Made by a program: the position numbers and the translations under genes. Positions 25,680-38,379 of a stretch of DNA of 64,000 nt are shown here, in pieces. The stretch is from the NCBI RefSeq assembly GCF_006345805.1, contig NC_043009.1, positions 6,076,001 to 6,140,000 of the forward strand, given 5' to 3'. This stretch comes from Octopus sinensis (taxonomy: Eukaryota). The notes below the pieces were generated by a model. It had not been told where the DNA came from and made no database searches. It saw nothing but the letters and a program-made list of their open reading frames with translations. How positions within the stretch are numbered: position 1 is the first letter of the stretch; every line of letters begins with the position of its first letter.

Positions 25680-27540
25680 TGGAGATGCAAGAATTTCATG
25701 TGGCATCTTCTAGGATGATCTCTATCACCGGTCCTCCTTTGTCTAGCCTTAATGCCTTTCTTGAAATTGCTCAGTGAATATAAAATGGCTGATCAAAATA
25801 TAAATCATCTCTTTTACATGGATGATTTAAGACTCTTTGCAAAAAATGACCAACAACTACAGGGCTTACAAAGTATTGTTAAACAAGTCAGTGATGACAT
25901 GAAGAGGAAATCTGGCCTCGATGAATGTGCAAAAGCTACCTTTATCAAAGGGAAATGGCAGAAACATCCAATGTTAAGCAGAATGTCATAAACGAGTTAG
26001 AACCAGAGGAGAGGTACAAATATCTAGGGTTTTTGAAGGGGACGGAATGAAACATTTAGAGATGAGGGAAAGAATCACAAAAAAATGTCACCGTAGGGTA
26101 AGGGCAATAATCAAGACAGAGCTGAATGCAAGAAACTGGATGGAAGCGACCAATTCTTTAGCTATACCAGTCGTGACTTACAGTTTCAATATCATTAACT
26201 TGTCAATTGCTGAAATATGTAATCTTCAAAGAAAAATACGACAGTTCTTGACAATGCATAGAATGCACAACCCTAAGCACATATAGAACGACTTTATCTG
26301 CCAAGAAAAGAGGGAGGCCGTGGACTTTTACAACTCTAATTAACAATGAAGATTTCCACAATTGGCCTAGACATCTACCTGAAAAGCTTCTTAAAACTTG
26401 TCTCAAAGCATGAAAACAAGCAAGCATCATACTCAGTAACAAAACAGGAAAAGGAATATCTAAGTGAATTCCAAATACAACAAATTCCAGAATTAGAGGT
26501 ACTAGAAACAAGCACAGTAAAAGCTAAGCGTATGAAAATTCCTGCTAAAACTGCTACTTTAGATATTCTTACTCAAAAATGGCAAGAAAAACCTCTGAAT
26601 GGCAAATACCCAAAGAGAGCTAATAGTGCCGATGTTGAAAAACTCCTTATTCATCAATGGTTAGTGGCTTCTGGCTTAAAATCAGAAACAGAAGGGTTTA
26701 TCATAGCAGCTCAAGATCAATGTTTACCTACAAGAAACTACCAGGCCAACATATTAAATAACGGCAGTAGCTCAACATGTCGTGTATGTCAACAACAAAA
26801 TGAAACCATTGATCATGTCGTCTCCATGTGCAGTCTTCTTGCGCCTACAGAGTATGTTAACAGGAATGATAGAGCAGCACAATATATTCACTGGGTAATT
26901 TTCAAAAACCTGGGCCTCCTCCATGGTAAAAACTGTTGGGAACACAAACCACCTCCTGGGCTTGAAAATGATCACAATCTCACTCCTCTGGAACTTCACC
27001 ATTCAAGATGACAGAACGACAGATACCTATAGGCCAGACATTATATTGAAATAATTTCAGAAAAAAATTATGCGTCGTCATTGATATGACTCTCCCAATC
27101 GACATAAATGTATCTGTCAAGACCTACCAAAATCTGAGCAAGAATAAAGAACTTGAAATAGAAATTAGCAAAATGTGAAACCACAAGACTAAAACAATAC
27201 CTATTGGCATAGGTAACCTAGGAATGATAGCAAAATGGGCTGATTTCTACCTAACTCAGATATCAGGAAACCCCAGAATAACATAAATTCAAAATATGAT
27301 GTTCATAGGAACTGACAATATCATATGTAATATACTGACTATGTAATCTCAAATTTTAAAAGAAAATCATAATTTTCTTATGTTTTCTTAAACAATCTCT
27401 AGAACAATACTATTCATAAAACCAAATAGATAACACCCTAGGCAAAACACCACAATGAACTTTTCTAACTTGTTGTCTCTTCAGGTCTCTGGGTGCGACT
27501 TGGAGTCAGCTTCTACAAATACAAAGCAAAAGTGAAACAT
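25680..27540 (+). mobile_element. R4/Dong-clade non-LTR retrotransposon, decayed RT, CCHC and RLE, followed by 3' UTR
   Basis: GIF*..LSP (about 25710), YMDDLRLFAK, ERLYLPRKEGGRGL, LKSETEGFIIAAQDQCLPTRNY, CRVC..ETIDHVVSMC, YRPDII, ending 27346. Many stops and frameshifts. (TAA)n tail from 27541. Confidence 0.93.
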
Positions 27541-27588
27541 ATAATAATAATAACAACAAAAACAATAATAATAATAATAATAATAATA

Positions 27589-27636
<48 letters not shown>

Positions 27637-27794
27637 TAATAATGAAGTAATAGAAGAAAAATAAAAGCGACAAAAATAATCAAGTATTCATGAACGACTC
27701 ATTATCTTTTATCGTTTAGTTTTTATTATTTCGAACTGAAAAAGTAAAACGAAAAACATACTGTCAGGTTAAGCTAAGCGATAACATTATAAGA

Positions 27795-27915
27795 ATTAGT
27801 CGAAGAAAATGACCCGAGCTCCAGTATTTAATTTTTATGTCTCGTACCTATTTTACCGGTTCTTTTCTTGAACCACTACGTTACAGGGGCGTACAGAAAC
27901 CAACACACGCATAGT
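27795..27915 (-). mobile_element. SINE family A right-arm relic
   Basis: Degenerate match to TTAGTCGAA..GACCC..GAACCGCTAAG. Confidence 0.5.
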
Positions 27916-28350
27916 CAATAAATAAGTGCTTTACCGTGGCTAAGAGTTGTTTTGAATATTATTTCTAGCACTGCTGGTGCTGATTTGCACCCTTAGTCAC
28001 TTTACTGATGATCGTACTCGTGACTTTAGGATTCAAATTGCGAGTAACCACCTTAATAATTTATAATTTTCACTTGACCATTTTACCGAATCAGCCACTG
28101 ATTCCTATGGTATTTTCTATAAACTGATAAAGCTCAATTTAGCCCGAGGCAAATGTGTGAGTGTCAGTGATGAAGATTAATTCCGTCCGAAATCATGGTT
28201 GATCTGACACTCCTCGCTTGCTGTAGGGAGGTTGTCCTCCTTGTCCATCAATAAGTAAGTGCTTTGCCTGTGGCTAATAATGGATTTGATTCTTACTTCT
28301 AGCAATACCGGGGCTCATTTGCACCCTTAGTCACTTCAGTAACGTCGTAC
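27916..28350 (+). mobile_element. 333-nt-period partial tandem (about 1.3 monomers) carrying the hammerhead; retrozyme-like
   Basis: 27916-28017 and 28249-28350 align with about 20 differences in ~103 columns by hand, including an exact 20-mer ATTTGCACCCTTAGTCACTT. The hammerhead lies between them. Confidence 0.6.
28159..28212 (+). ncRNA. Type-I hammerhead ribozyme fold, probably inactivated (C3G)
   Basis: GAGUGUCA-GUGAUGA-A GAU uaauucc GUC C-GAAA-UCA uggu UGA-UC-UGACACUC: 8-bp stem I, closed stem III, AUC triplet ending at 28204. Core differs from CUGANGA only at C3. Confidence 0.75.
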
Positions 28351-28357
28351 ATGTGCT

Positions 28358-28411
<54 letters not shown>

Positions 28412-28413
<2 letters not shown>

Positions 28414-28470
28414 AAGGAGCTTCTACAGGACTAGAACTGTTTCATTCAAAAGAAATCATCGGGACCTACA
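28412..28470 (-). repeat. Short fragment with decayed hammerhead-like core between (TA)n tracts
   Basis: Minus strand gguc-CCGAUGA-U-UUC uuuu GAA U-GAAAC-aguu; U4C, and stem I is not formed. Confidence 0.3.
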
Positions 28471-28632
28471 TATATATATATATCCGACCAGCTTTCGCAA
28501 AGTTTCCGTCTATTAAATTCACTCAAAAGTCATTGGCCTGTCTGGTTGATTCATACTTATATGCTTACTATAGTAGGGTTAAGGCCCTACAGAATTATCG
28601 ATAATGTAATAATAGACATCTGTAGTTAGGAT

Positions 28633-29521
28633 ATGAAGAGTGATGACCCGAGGCTGGATGTCTTTCAATCACCGCCACGAAGGGAAACCTTTATCATGTT
28701 CACCACATTCTGATGGATGACTATAAATCAAATAGCCAGTATTAGTAGCATATTTCGCGAGAGGGTTATGCTTAGTAGGTGCTACGTCTGTTGACAGCTG
28801 ATCAAAAGCCTTCCGTGCTGATCACATCAAGAGAAAGTCTGGCGTTGTCTCAGGTTGATCCATCGCTTTCCTTGAACGTTTCGTAATCCAGAAGTGCTGG
28901 GTTCATCACTTTGAGACAGACAGAAAGACACAATCCATGTGGTGGAATCATTCTTTTTCACCGATTCCAAAGAAGGCGAAAGTAATGTCATCTGCAGGGA
29001 AGGCGATGACATCCCGATTTTAGATGTAAAAGGCATTGTGTTTATTGAGTAACTTCTAAAGGGCCTAACCACCAATAGTGAATACTATGAGAGTTGCTGA
29101 GGCAGTTATGAAAGTCTACGAAGCCTCAATGCGCAGGAAAACTGACAGAAGGGCACATTTTTTATCAGGATAATGATCCACTAAGCATGTCCGTGGTTTC
29201 AATATCTATTGTGCTTGGTTTTGGTTTTAAGCTGATTGGTCACATTATTTATTCTCCTGACAATTACCTGTTCTCCAGCATGAAAAAACCCCACTTGTCT
29301 GGGAACCACTATGGCAGTTAAGGACGACATATCTGCTGTTCATGATTTTATTTTATCAACAGGATGAAAGCTTTTGCAGCAATGGTATCCAAACACTACA
29401 GCACCGATGGAAGAAGTGTGTGGACCGCAAGCGTGGATTATGTGGGAAAATTTAACCTGATTTAGTCACACTCTGTGAAAGTATCTTGATCAGCCAATAA
29501 GCATTTCAGGCGAACATCGTA
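28633..29521 (+). mobile_element. Decayed mariner (DD34D) transposon, 3' two-thirds with right TIR
   Basis: Remnants DDPR, WVHHFE, KKAKVMSSAGK, YQDNDP (29163-29180), YSPD (29250-29261), HRWKKCVDRK, then a TIR-like end closing on TA at 29520-29521. Confidence 0.85.
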
Positions 29522-29768
29522 CACGTTATCTGATCAATAAGTATCGAGGATGTTGCCATAGTAACGAAGCTAAAGTGCCCAGGGTGAAGCTGTTTGGCAC
29601 AGATTGACCGTGAACTATGTTTTGCATGCGTGCTACGTTTTAATGTTGCAGTTCACTTCCGCCGTTTATAATAGTGCTTGTAGGAAGATCGTCACTTTGA
29701 CCATGACAGAGAAAGAAAATGTGTATCAAATTTTGCAAAAAGATTGGCGATACCTGCTCAGAGCCCTA
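29520..29768 (+). mobile_element. Mariner 5' end (TIR, 5' UTR, ORF start MTEK...)
   Basis: TACACGTTATCTGATCAATAAGTATC TIR-like start; homologous to the reverse complement of 30110-30288. Confidence 0.7.
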
Positions 29769-30288
29769 CATATAGATTCAAAATGTTTTCATCGTTCTCT
29801 GCACAATCAAGGAGATCTTGTGAAACTGAAACTCGTGTGTCATTTTGGTTAGCTGAAAGCAGTTTTGGCATAAACTTGGCAGACACGCGCCTCATACCCA
29901 AATCTTCCGTGATAATGGACTGAACTGAACCGTAACTTATCTGCACTCCCTATGATAACTCACGGATGGTCATTCTAGGATTTCCTCTCTTCGCTGCACG
30001 TACAACTGCGATGTTTTTCTCAGTTCTCCTGGTTGCGGGTCTCCTAGAACGTTCGTCAATATCGACATATTTTCGGCCATCTTGGAAACATCTGAACCAC
30101 TCGTACACTCCTCACTATACACTTTATGCAACTTTGTGCAGACCTCTTGTCATGGTAAAAGCGACGATCAGACACTACACACCTTCCTTCCAACCACTGC
30201 TGTAAACAACAGAAGTGTACTACAAAGTAAACACTTAGTGCTTCGTTAATATAGCAATAGTTCAGATAATTATTGACCAGACCCCGTA
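29769..30288 (-). mobile_element. Mariner 5' half (TIR, HTH region) of the same family, inverted
   Basis: VYEWFRCFQDGRKYVDIDERSRRP..ISYGSVQSIITEDLGMRRVSAKFMPKLLS; TIR ends at TA 30287-30288. Confidence 0.85.
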
Positions 30289-30544
30289 TAGTTAAATGTC
30301 GTAAGACAAATTCTGTTATCAGGAATCAAATATAGTTTCGTGACGATTTTCAGGAACTGATGTCTACGTAAATGAAGACATTCTCTTTACTTGTATTTGT
30401 GTTACGTAATATGTCATTTAATAATATTATAGAACATACTACCATCAACAATAATTTATTTACTATCTGCCAATGATATAAACATGAATAAATTTTCAAG
30501 ACTAACGTCTATTAAACTTCACAATTACTTAACGTTAAATTTCA

Positions 30545-30597
30545 AATATATATATATATATACGTATGTATATATATATATGTGTATACACACACAA

Positions 30598-30639
<42 letters not shown>

Positions 30640-30710
30640 GTATGTATATATATATGTATATATATATGTATGTATATATATATATATGTATGTATATATA
30701 TATGTATATA

Positions 30711-30744
<34 letters not shown>

Positions 30745-30798
30745 CATATATATACATATATATATATGTGTATGTATATATATGTATATATATATATG

Positions 30799-30829
<31 letters not shown>

Positions 30830-30900
30830 TTATATGTGTGTTTATATATATATATATATATATATAAATACACTCACACATATATTTATGTATGTATAAT
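30545..30900. repeat. (TA)n/(CA)n/(TATG) compound microsatellite
   Basis: Direct reading. Confidence 0.97.
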
Positions 30901-31443
30901 ATAGATTGTGTGAATGCATGTATCCATTTGTTCTTCTGTCTTTATTGAGTATATCTAAATTTTCCTTTCATCATTTATATTACTAATGCTTTCAACTGTC
31001 TTCATATTGTGTATCACGGTGTTTTCACACAGACATATATTTTAATATTTATATTTGTCATACTTAGTTGAAACATTTGCTTTTATATATTTCTCTTCCA
31101 TCGATCAATAAGTTTCGTTTGTTGAAATGAGCAACAGAAATTACTGTATTTTTAAAAGTAATTATTTTTGTTTTGTGCGTGGGTGTGTCGGAATTTACGT
31201 CATTTTAAGACAAAGCATTCTATGATTATTCTTCCCCGTAACTGAAACGATTTAAGTTCATGATTTTAGTGGGGATGGCATAACTTTCAGCAATATATTT
31301 CCTGAAACAGCTTTAAAAGAACAATATTCACGAGGATAATGTATTTATCATTATTTGAAACTTGCAAAATTAGCCCAACTAAGCAAGAAAGTGTATTTAG
31401 AAATAAACATACACACAAACATACACAGACACACTGACACACA

Positions 31444-31528
<85 letters not shown>

Positions 31529-32116
31529 GTGGCAGAAATTGATAAATCCGAAGATTAAAAATCCTCTAAATTTTATATATATATACATCACCTGGAAACC
31601 TCCACAGGAATATTTATATCGATAGGCTCTACCTATGAAGAGATAAAGAGTTCGAATGTCGTAAATGTATAGTCTCTCTCAGACTGCACTTGCTAAACAA
31701 CAACAGCAAAAACAAATACATTAACTAAGTTCTAAAAAGTGAAGAGAACTCTATCCTTCGTGTCGGCAGCGAGCTCCTTAGGAAGCACTCTCTTCCGATT
31801 ACCTGCAGAAAATAGCCGGGACTAGCATACCATAGCGTATATCTGGATGTAAAACGCTCAGTGTATCAAGGAAAGCCCATACATGTATATGTTTCCCGAA
31901 GACTTGAAGAAGACAGTAATATATACATGAAACGAAACATCGCTTCGACTCGTGACCACTATATCACATCATAAGTTGAATCCTATGCATTTGCAATCCC
32001 ACCGCAGGAGATTGCTACTAAATACCTAATAAACAATAAAAAAGAAAAGAAAAGAGGCGGTGAAGTCGTTGGTGTTCGAAGATGCAACTGAAATATAAAT
32101 TATGCCAAATTTTTGT

Positions 32117-32690
32117 TATTTCTTTATTGCCCACATGCGGCTAAACATAGAGGGGACAAACAATGACAGAGAAACGAATTAAGTCGATTACATCGACCCC
32201 AGTGCGTAACTGGTACTTAATTTATCGACCCCGAAAGGATAAAAGGCACAGTCGACCTCGGCGGAATTTGAACTCAGAACGTTACGGCAGACGAAATACC
32301 TATTTTTTTACTACCCACAAGGAGCTAAACACAGAGATGACAAACAAGGACAGACAAACGGATTAAGTCGATTATATCGACCCCAGTGCGTAACTGGTAC
32401 CTATTTAATCGACCCCGAAAGGATGAAAAGCAAAGTCGACCTCGGCGGTAATTGCACTCAGAACGTAGCGGCAAAAGAAATACCTATTTCTTTAGTACCC
32501 ACAATGGGGCTAAACACAGAGCGGCCAAACAAGGACAGACAAACGGATTAAGTCGATTATATCGACCCCAGTGCGTAACTGGTACTTATTTAATCGACCC
32601 CGAAAGGATGAAAGGCAAAGTCGACCTCGGCGGAATTTGAACTAGCATTTCGCCCGGCGTGCTAATGATTCTGCCACCTCACCGCCTTAT
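32117..32690 (-). mobile_element. SINE family B head-to-tail trimer, 184-bp period
   Basis: Units 32117-32300, 32301-32484, 32485-32690; identical junctions GAAATACC|TATTT. Confidence 0.92.
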
Positions 32691-32745
32691 TTTTGTGGAA
32701 TACATCAGACGTGTGATTAGCAGCCGCCCAAAAATAACATCAAAT

Positions 32746-33226
32746 TGCTACCTCCGTCTGCGACACGATTTTGTAACATGAGCAATCGACAGAAAATGCT
32801 ATTTGGACAGAATGGCTGCTCTGGAATAGATATAGAGACTCACTCTACTATTGAACACGTATGCAAAGATCAACACAATGTATACTGGTAGAGAGGGACA
32901 TTCCCATAAAAACATCTGTCAAGTGTAAAAATATAATCATAGAGGTCAGCTCTCCAGATATTGTGAATATATCTTTGAATACCAAACAGAAAGAGGATGA
33001 CATTGGACAACTGCTTTGGAATATTCGGCTTCTATATTCAGATTTCAAATTTACATTCACACCAATAAAAAATGGTGCACTTGTTCTTGTGAGTAAATGC
33101 CTAACTGACACTGTGGATAAACTTGGATTTTCACACAAAGAAACCAACAAACCAACTCGCACACTTCAATTAAAATCTGAGTGGAACGGTAGAAATATAC
33201 ATGACATTTCTCGGGTTGAAAAAGTG
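32746..33226 (+). pseudogene. RLE-type (R4/Dong-like) retrotransposon C-terminal relic
   Basis: CYLRLRHD (RHD at 32761-32769), then DIPIKTSVKCK..IIEVSSPDIVNISLNTKQKEDDIGQLLWNIRLLYSDFKFTFTPIKNGAL, an RLE-like layout with the RPD segment deleted. Confidence 0.65.
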
Positions 33227-33833
33227 ACATTGTTTCCGTTATTAAAAATACAAAGATGGAGCCTTGTATCTATGCAGGAAATAGGCTCCTTCCTCAGATA
33301 AAGATGTTAAATAAATAAAAGCGAAAGGGAATATACAGAGCGAGCGAGGGTGAGAGAGAGAAAGAGTAAGAGATGTGCCTACGTTGTTCCTTTGAAATGA
33401 GTATGTACTTACCGGATTTATGAGAAACGGAATACGAAGAAAGATACATAAATGGAAACCTACGCATTTTTCTTACCTATTTTTTTTTTTTTTACAAATT
33501 CAGATTAAGAGGAGCATGTAGGTGGATAGATAGTTGTATATGTGAGCAAATATTTGCAAAGGTAGATATAATGACAATGTTTATAAATTTATTTGGAGAA
33601 AACAAGTTATATTTATTTTTATAACCGATGACATTTGAAGAGAAGCTATAAATTAGGATGACGTAACATTTTCTATAAGACTTCGATGCTTCAGTGGCCT
33701 GTTGAGCCTCTGGGTTTATTTTCCTTAATATAGATTGCATTCAGCTGTCCTTTCATGTAGAATATCCTACAACTATATCTATTTATCTATCCACGTCCCT
33801 ATCTACCTGTCCCCGCCTCTCTCTCTCTCTCTC

Positions 33834-33924
<91 letters not shown>

Positions 33925-35164
33925 AGAGGGATATTATATATATATATTATATGTCTCTATATTCTCTCTCTATATATACATTTCGTTTCAAGTTATTAAT
34001 GACATGACATTCTTTTTGATTTTATTTAAAAACTACTCGTTGGAATTCAACAAACTTTTCAAAGAAATGCTGCAACAGTTATATATGCGTGGTGTGTAAA
34101 GCCCGTGAGATTCTGTAAGACAACGCAGAAACTACGGCCATGTACCAAATTTACGTAAACCTCCACTGTCTCAAGTTAGTAGCGAGGTGTAATTCAATCT
34201 CATGTATAAATGAAAATACTAAGATAATTGTTTGATCTACATACTGAAATATAAAAAAAAATCTGGAAGAAATAGAAATAAACAAATAAGCAAATAAACA
34301 ACGTTCAAAAATTAAAGGTGACGTGGTTAGTAAGGGATATATGAGGGTTTGTTCGAAATAAATTGGAAGAGGCGCTGGTCCATAGAATACGCTAATTTCT
34401 GGATCTCCTCTGATGTTGCACCACGGGATGCATACAATATTGCCTGCCACCGTTGGGCAATTGAAGGTCTTTTTCATTCTTTTATTTTCTGTATTTCGTC
34501 GCGTCGCTCTGAAACCAATTCTGCGTGATCATATCACTGCACATACCCTTAAAACCTCGATTACGTGGGAAAGATATTGACACAGATTTTATAGATAAAC
34601 ACAGTATTCCTTTACTTTTTTTTTTCGTGTTCAGTTCTCCATGTTGTACCATGATACGTTGACACGCTAAGAGGAAACACGTCCATTGAACAAAAGATAG
34701 AAGACAACAATGGAGTCTATCTCTGGCTAATCTATTTGCTAGTGTAACCTATTCATTAGAACAGTGAATTATATTAATAACCAAAGGGCGCACGAATTGT
34801 TATATAATTGTATATATACATACTAAATGATTGAATAAATGACGATATATCCATGGACGTAATGCGATCAGTTGATGACTACGTGAATAGAGTTGATGTT
34901 ACAAAAAGTAAAACAAATCCTAGTACCAATATCAGGAATAAGAACATCAACGACAGTAGTGAAAATTACAGTTAGTGGAAGCTCTTACGTGGTCACACTT
35001 GTTGAAAAAGTAGATGTGAAATGCAAGCCACAAAGTATGGCTTTATAAAATGAGCCGCTGTGAAAGGTAGTCCTAAACGGTATGTGAATAAAAAGGGGAT
35101 TGTTACGATTAATTGAGATTGAATATACAATCGCGCAGTTTGCTTTAATACAAGACTAAGCATC

Positions 35165-35390
35165 AGCTGGCGAAATCACAGAATCCTTAGCATACAGGGC
35201 AAAAGGTTAGCGGTATTTCATCTATCTTTACGATCTTGGTTCAAATTCCGCCGAGACCGATATTGCCTTTCATCCATTCCCGGGTCGATAAAATAAGTAC
35301 CAGTTGAGCAGTGGGGTCGATGTAATCAACTTACACCCTCCCACGAAGTTGCTTCTCTTGTAACAACATTTGAAGCCAATATTAGACTAA
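35165..35390 (+). mobile_element. SINE family B, older subfamily
   Basis: TTCAAATTCCGCCGAG..CCTTTCATCC..GGGTCGATAAAATAAGTACCAG. Confidence 0.8.
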
Positions 35391-35392
35391 AC

Positions 35393-35610
35393 AGTGGAGG
35401 TACACCACTTGGTGTTGAGGGCGTTGGACTCATGATATTAAGATTGTGATTTTGATTCCTGGGCCGGGCGATATGCTGTGTTCTTGAGCAGAATACTACA
35501 TTTCAAAGTGCCTCAGGCCACACAGATAGTCATAATAAGTAATCCTGTGACATACCCGTGTCCTGTCCAGGTGGGGAATATAGGATCCACGGAAACCTGG
35601 AAATCGACCA
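35393..35610 (+). mobile_element. Older tRNA/CORE-type SINE relic
   Basis: GATTCCTGGGCCGGGCG..GTGTTCTTGAGCA..CCTGTCCAGGTGGGG. Confidence 0.6.
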
Positions 35611-36461
35611 CACAAATCTATATCATTCGAAGAGGATCTTTATTATTTATTAGACTAAACAATGACTACAAAGACAGACAGGAAATTTGAAGCAAATTAA
35701 TTTTAGCTGTACAACTCGGAGTAAATAAAGTTATAAATAAAAGCGTGTAGAATACTGGATGGACTAAATTTTTAGTCAGAAGAGAGTTAAAAGCTGCCCA
35801 TGAGATTCGAAACCAAAACATTTGCCGACATAGTAAATATGCCAGACACTATACCAGAGGAATAATTCTCAGTTTCAGCGTTCATCTTAGTAGATACCAG
35901 AAAGAATTGCAAATTGCTTAAATTACAAAAAAAAAGGAGAAAGAGATTTTCACATATATAAAACCTATATTTTTTGACGCGGTGGATCTCGAAGATAAAG
36001 CCATAGGTAATAACGGGTAGAATATTGGATAACAACACCCCTTAGGCGGAAAACAGATGGATGGCTATCGAAATAATTCGAGACCAGAAACACATCAGAT
36101 TTTCTCTATCAATTTCAGACTCCCACGGGAAGCTTTTGGCTTATTTCCATGTAAAGCGCATTTGAACCCAATATCTAAACGCTATTATCTATGGTCTGAT
36201 CCTTTTTTAATGGCTTCTGTAAATAATACTATGTTTATGAATTTATTGTAGATTTAATATGTTGATGTAAATAATAAGTAACATGGTTTTACAATAAATA
36301 TGCAAGAAGATGGAGATGTTGTTGTGTTGGAAGTATGTATTCAAATAATTACCCAATGGTTGGGGTTAGCACTTAATTATATTTTAAGAATGAAGCACCC
36401 AAATTTGTGCAAATTTGTTCAATCAAGAAAGCTTGCGACACACATACCCGTATACGCGCAG

Positions 36462-36492
<31 letters not shown>

Positions 36493-36780
36493 TACACACA
36501 CACACGCTCACGCACAAACATCATTTTGAGTGCGGTTACAAAATTGTGGTTCAACAGATGTCAGAATTAAGTACTAAAACTAAATTGAATTTAAATTTTA
36601 AAAGAACTAAAATTGAATAAGAGACTGATTGTGCATTTGCTTACAAAATGAGTTAATCGATTAAGTACAGTAAAAAATAAAATTATATTTGTTAATAGGT
36701 AAACATTAATATAAAAATGGATACATACCCAAGGGATATATAAATAACTGTATGTACATGTCTCTGTTCTTGCGTGTATC

Positions 36781-36830
<50 letters not shown>

Positions 36831-36917
36831 GAGAGAGTGATACAGAGAGAGAAGGAGAGAGACAGACAGGCAGCTGAACAGACATACATATAGATATATT
36901 GTAGATAGATAGATAAC

Positions 36918-37905
36918 TGTCTTTATTAACCAATAAGGGCCGAACACAGAGGGGACTAAATACAATGGAGAGCTATTCTTTTAGAAAAAAAAGAAGAAAA
37001 TAGAAAAAAAAGGAGGTAAAAATAAATTTCCGATCGAAAAGAGCAAAAATATAAAAGAACTGATTAGGTTTATCGGTGGAAAGAAAAGTCTATGAAAAAG
37101 ACCATGGTAACCTCATGCAAGGAGGTAAAAAATACATGTGAGCAAAGTGCTCTCTCTCACTGTGTTTTTTTTTGGGGGATTTGCAGGATCATGCTCAAAG
37201 TCATCCTGTAAAGTCGTATTTACCGCGTACCATCTTTGCTACTTTCACCCACCTTTTATTGAACCTTTCTTGAGACAATACATGCCTCTCTATTCCCACC
37301 TTCCTTTTCAAGTGGTACTTGAAAAAGTTGATGTGACATTGACCAGAAATGAAAGTGTTTGTTTAAGCATTTCGCTCGAGTCCACCACCCACATTCTTTC
37401 ACTGTGGCCACCAGTACGATAAAAACTGCCTTGCCTTCCCGGTTGAGGGAAGGGGACGGAGCAATTTCCACGACAGACTCGGCCGAGAGGCGGACTTCTC
37501 CCACACGTGACAGCAGCTGTTCGGCATAAGCCCACAGGTCCCAAATGGTTGGACATTGCACGAGTGCGTGCAGAACGGTTTCGTCGCTCTGACCGCATCT
37601 CTGGCAAGTCGGTCTGGTGTGTCTCGAACCTTGCCTGTAGAGCTTATCCCAAACGGACAATGCTTCTCGATAGCACTGTCAGGACAGTGATCTCTGATAA
37701 CTGTCCATATGTCTCAGCCCGAAAGTTGTCCCGAACAGGCGGGTTAGGTGTTCCTCGTCGACGCCCAGACTCTACCAGAGAACGTCGCCACACCTCCCCT
37801 CTACTAATCGTCTTTAGAACGCCTTCGGGCAATTTAAATCGTTCACGTTTGGTCCCGGACGGCAGGGTTGCTTGAGAGCAAGGCAGCACTCGTGGTGCCA
37901 TTTAA
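36918..37905 (-). mobile_element. L1/Tx1-clade LINE 3' end (zf-RVT region, CCHC knuckle, 3' UTR)
   Basis: TFGLRHMDSYQRSLS*QCYREALSVWDKLYRQG..CQRCGQSDETVLHALVQCPTIWDLW..KECGWWTR. T-rich 3' UTR ending in AATAAA. 5'-truncated next to (GACA/GATA)n. Confidence 0.85.
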
Positions 37906-37919
37906 CTAGCCTCGGTATC

Positions 37920-37992
37920 TAGACAGACAGGCAGACAGACAGACAGACAGGCAGACAGACAGACAGACAGATAGACAGATAGATAGATAGAT

Positions 37993-38053
<61 letters not shown>

Positions 38054-38099
38054 GCAGACAGACAGATAGGTAGGTATAAAATATGTATGTATATAGGTT

Positions 38100-38170
<71 letters not shown>
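37920..38170. repeat. (GACA)n-(GATA)n-(CA)n-(TA)n compound
   Basis: Direct reading. Confidence 0.96.
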
Positions 38171-38174
<4 letters not shown>

Positions 38175-38379
38175 GAGTACAAATATATTTGAATGTATGT
38201 TTTAAAGTATGCACAATACACTATGATTAGAATATGGCGGAATATATATGATACATTAAATGTAATAAGTCACGTATACACGAGTGTGAGCTAACACAGG
38301 TTACATGAACGCTGGCACTACATCAGTTGGAAATATATCCCGAATTCTTCTCACATGAAATCCGATTTCTAATAATAAG

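Noticed and set aside
28003-28030. CTGATGA within AGTCAC/GTGACT hairpin
   Set aside because: No downstream GAAA, and the motif is absent from the second repeat copy.
31895-31950. TTGAAGA...GAAAC hammerhead-like relic
   Set aside because: Stem II does not pair and there is no stem I.
32117-32690. CRISPR-like or hammerhead-containing array
   Set aside because: Units are SINE sequence with no unique spacers, there are no cas genes, and no CUGANGA/GAAA fold is present on either strand.
34335-34560. Possible mariner TIR (TATATGAGGGTTTGTTCG) and QNWF remnant
   Set aside because: Too degenerate to support; no partner TIR found.
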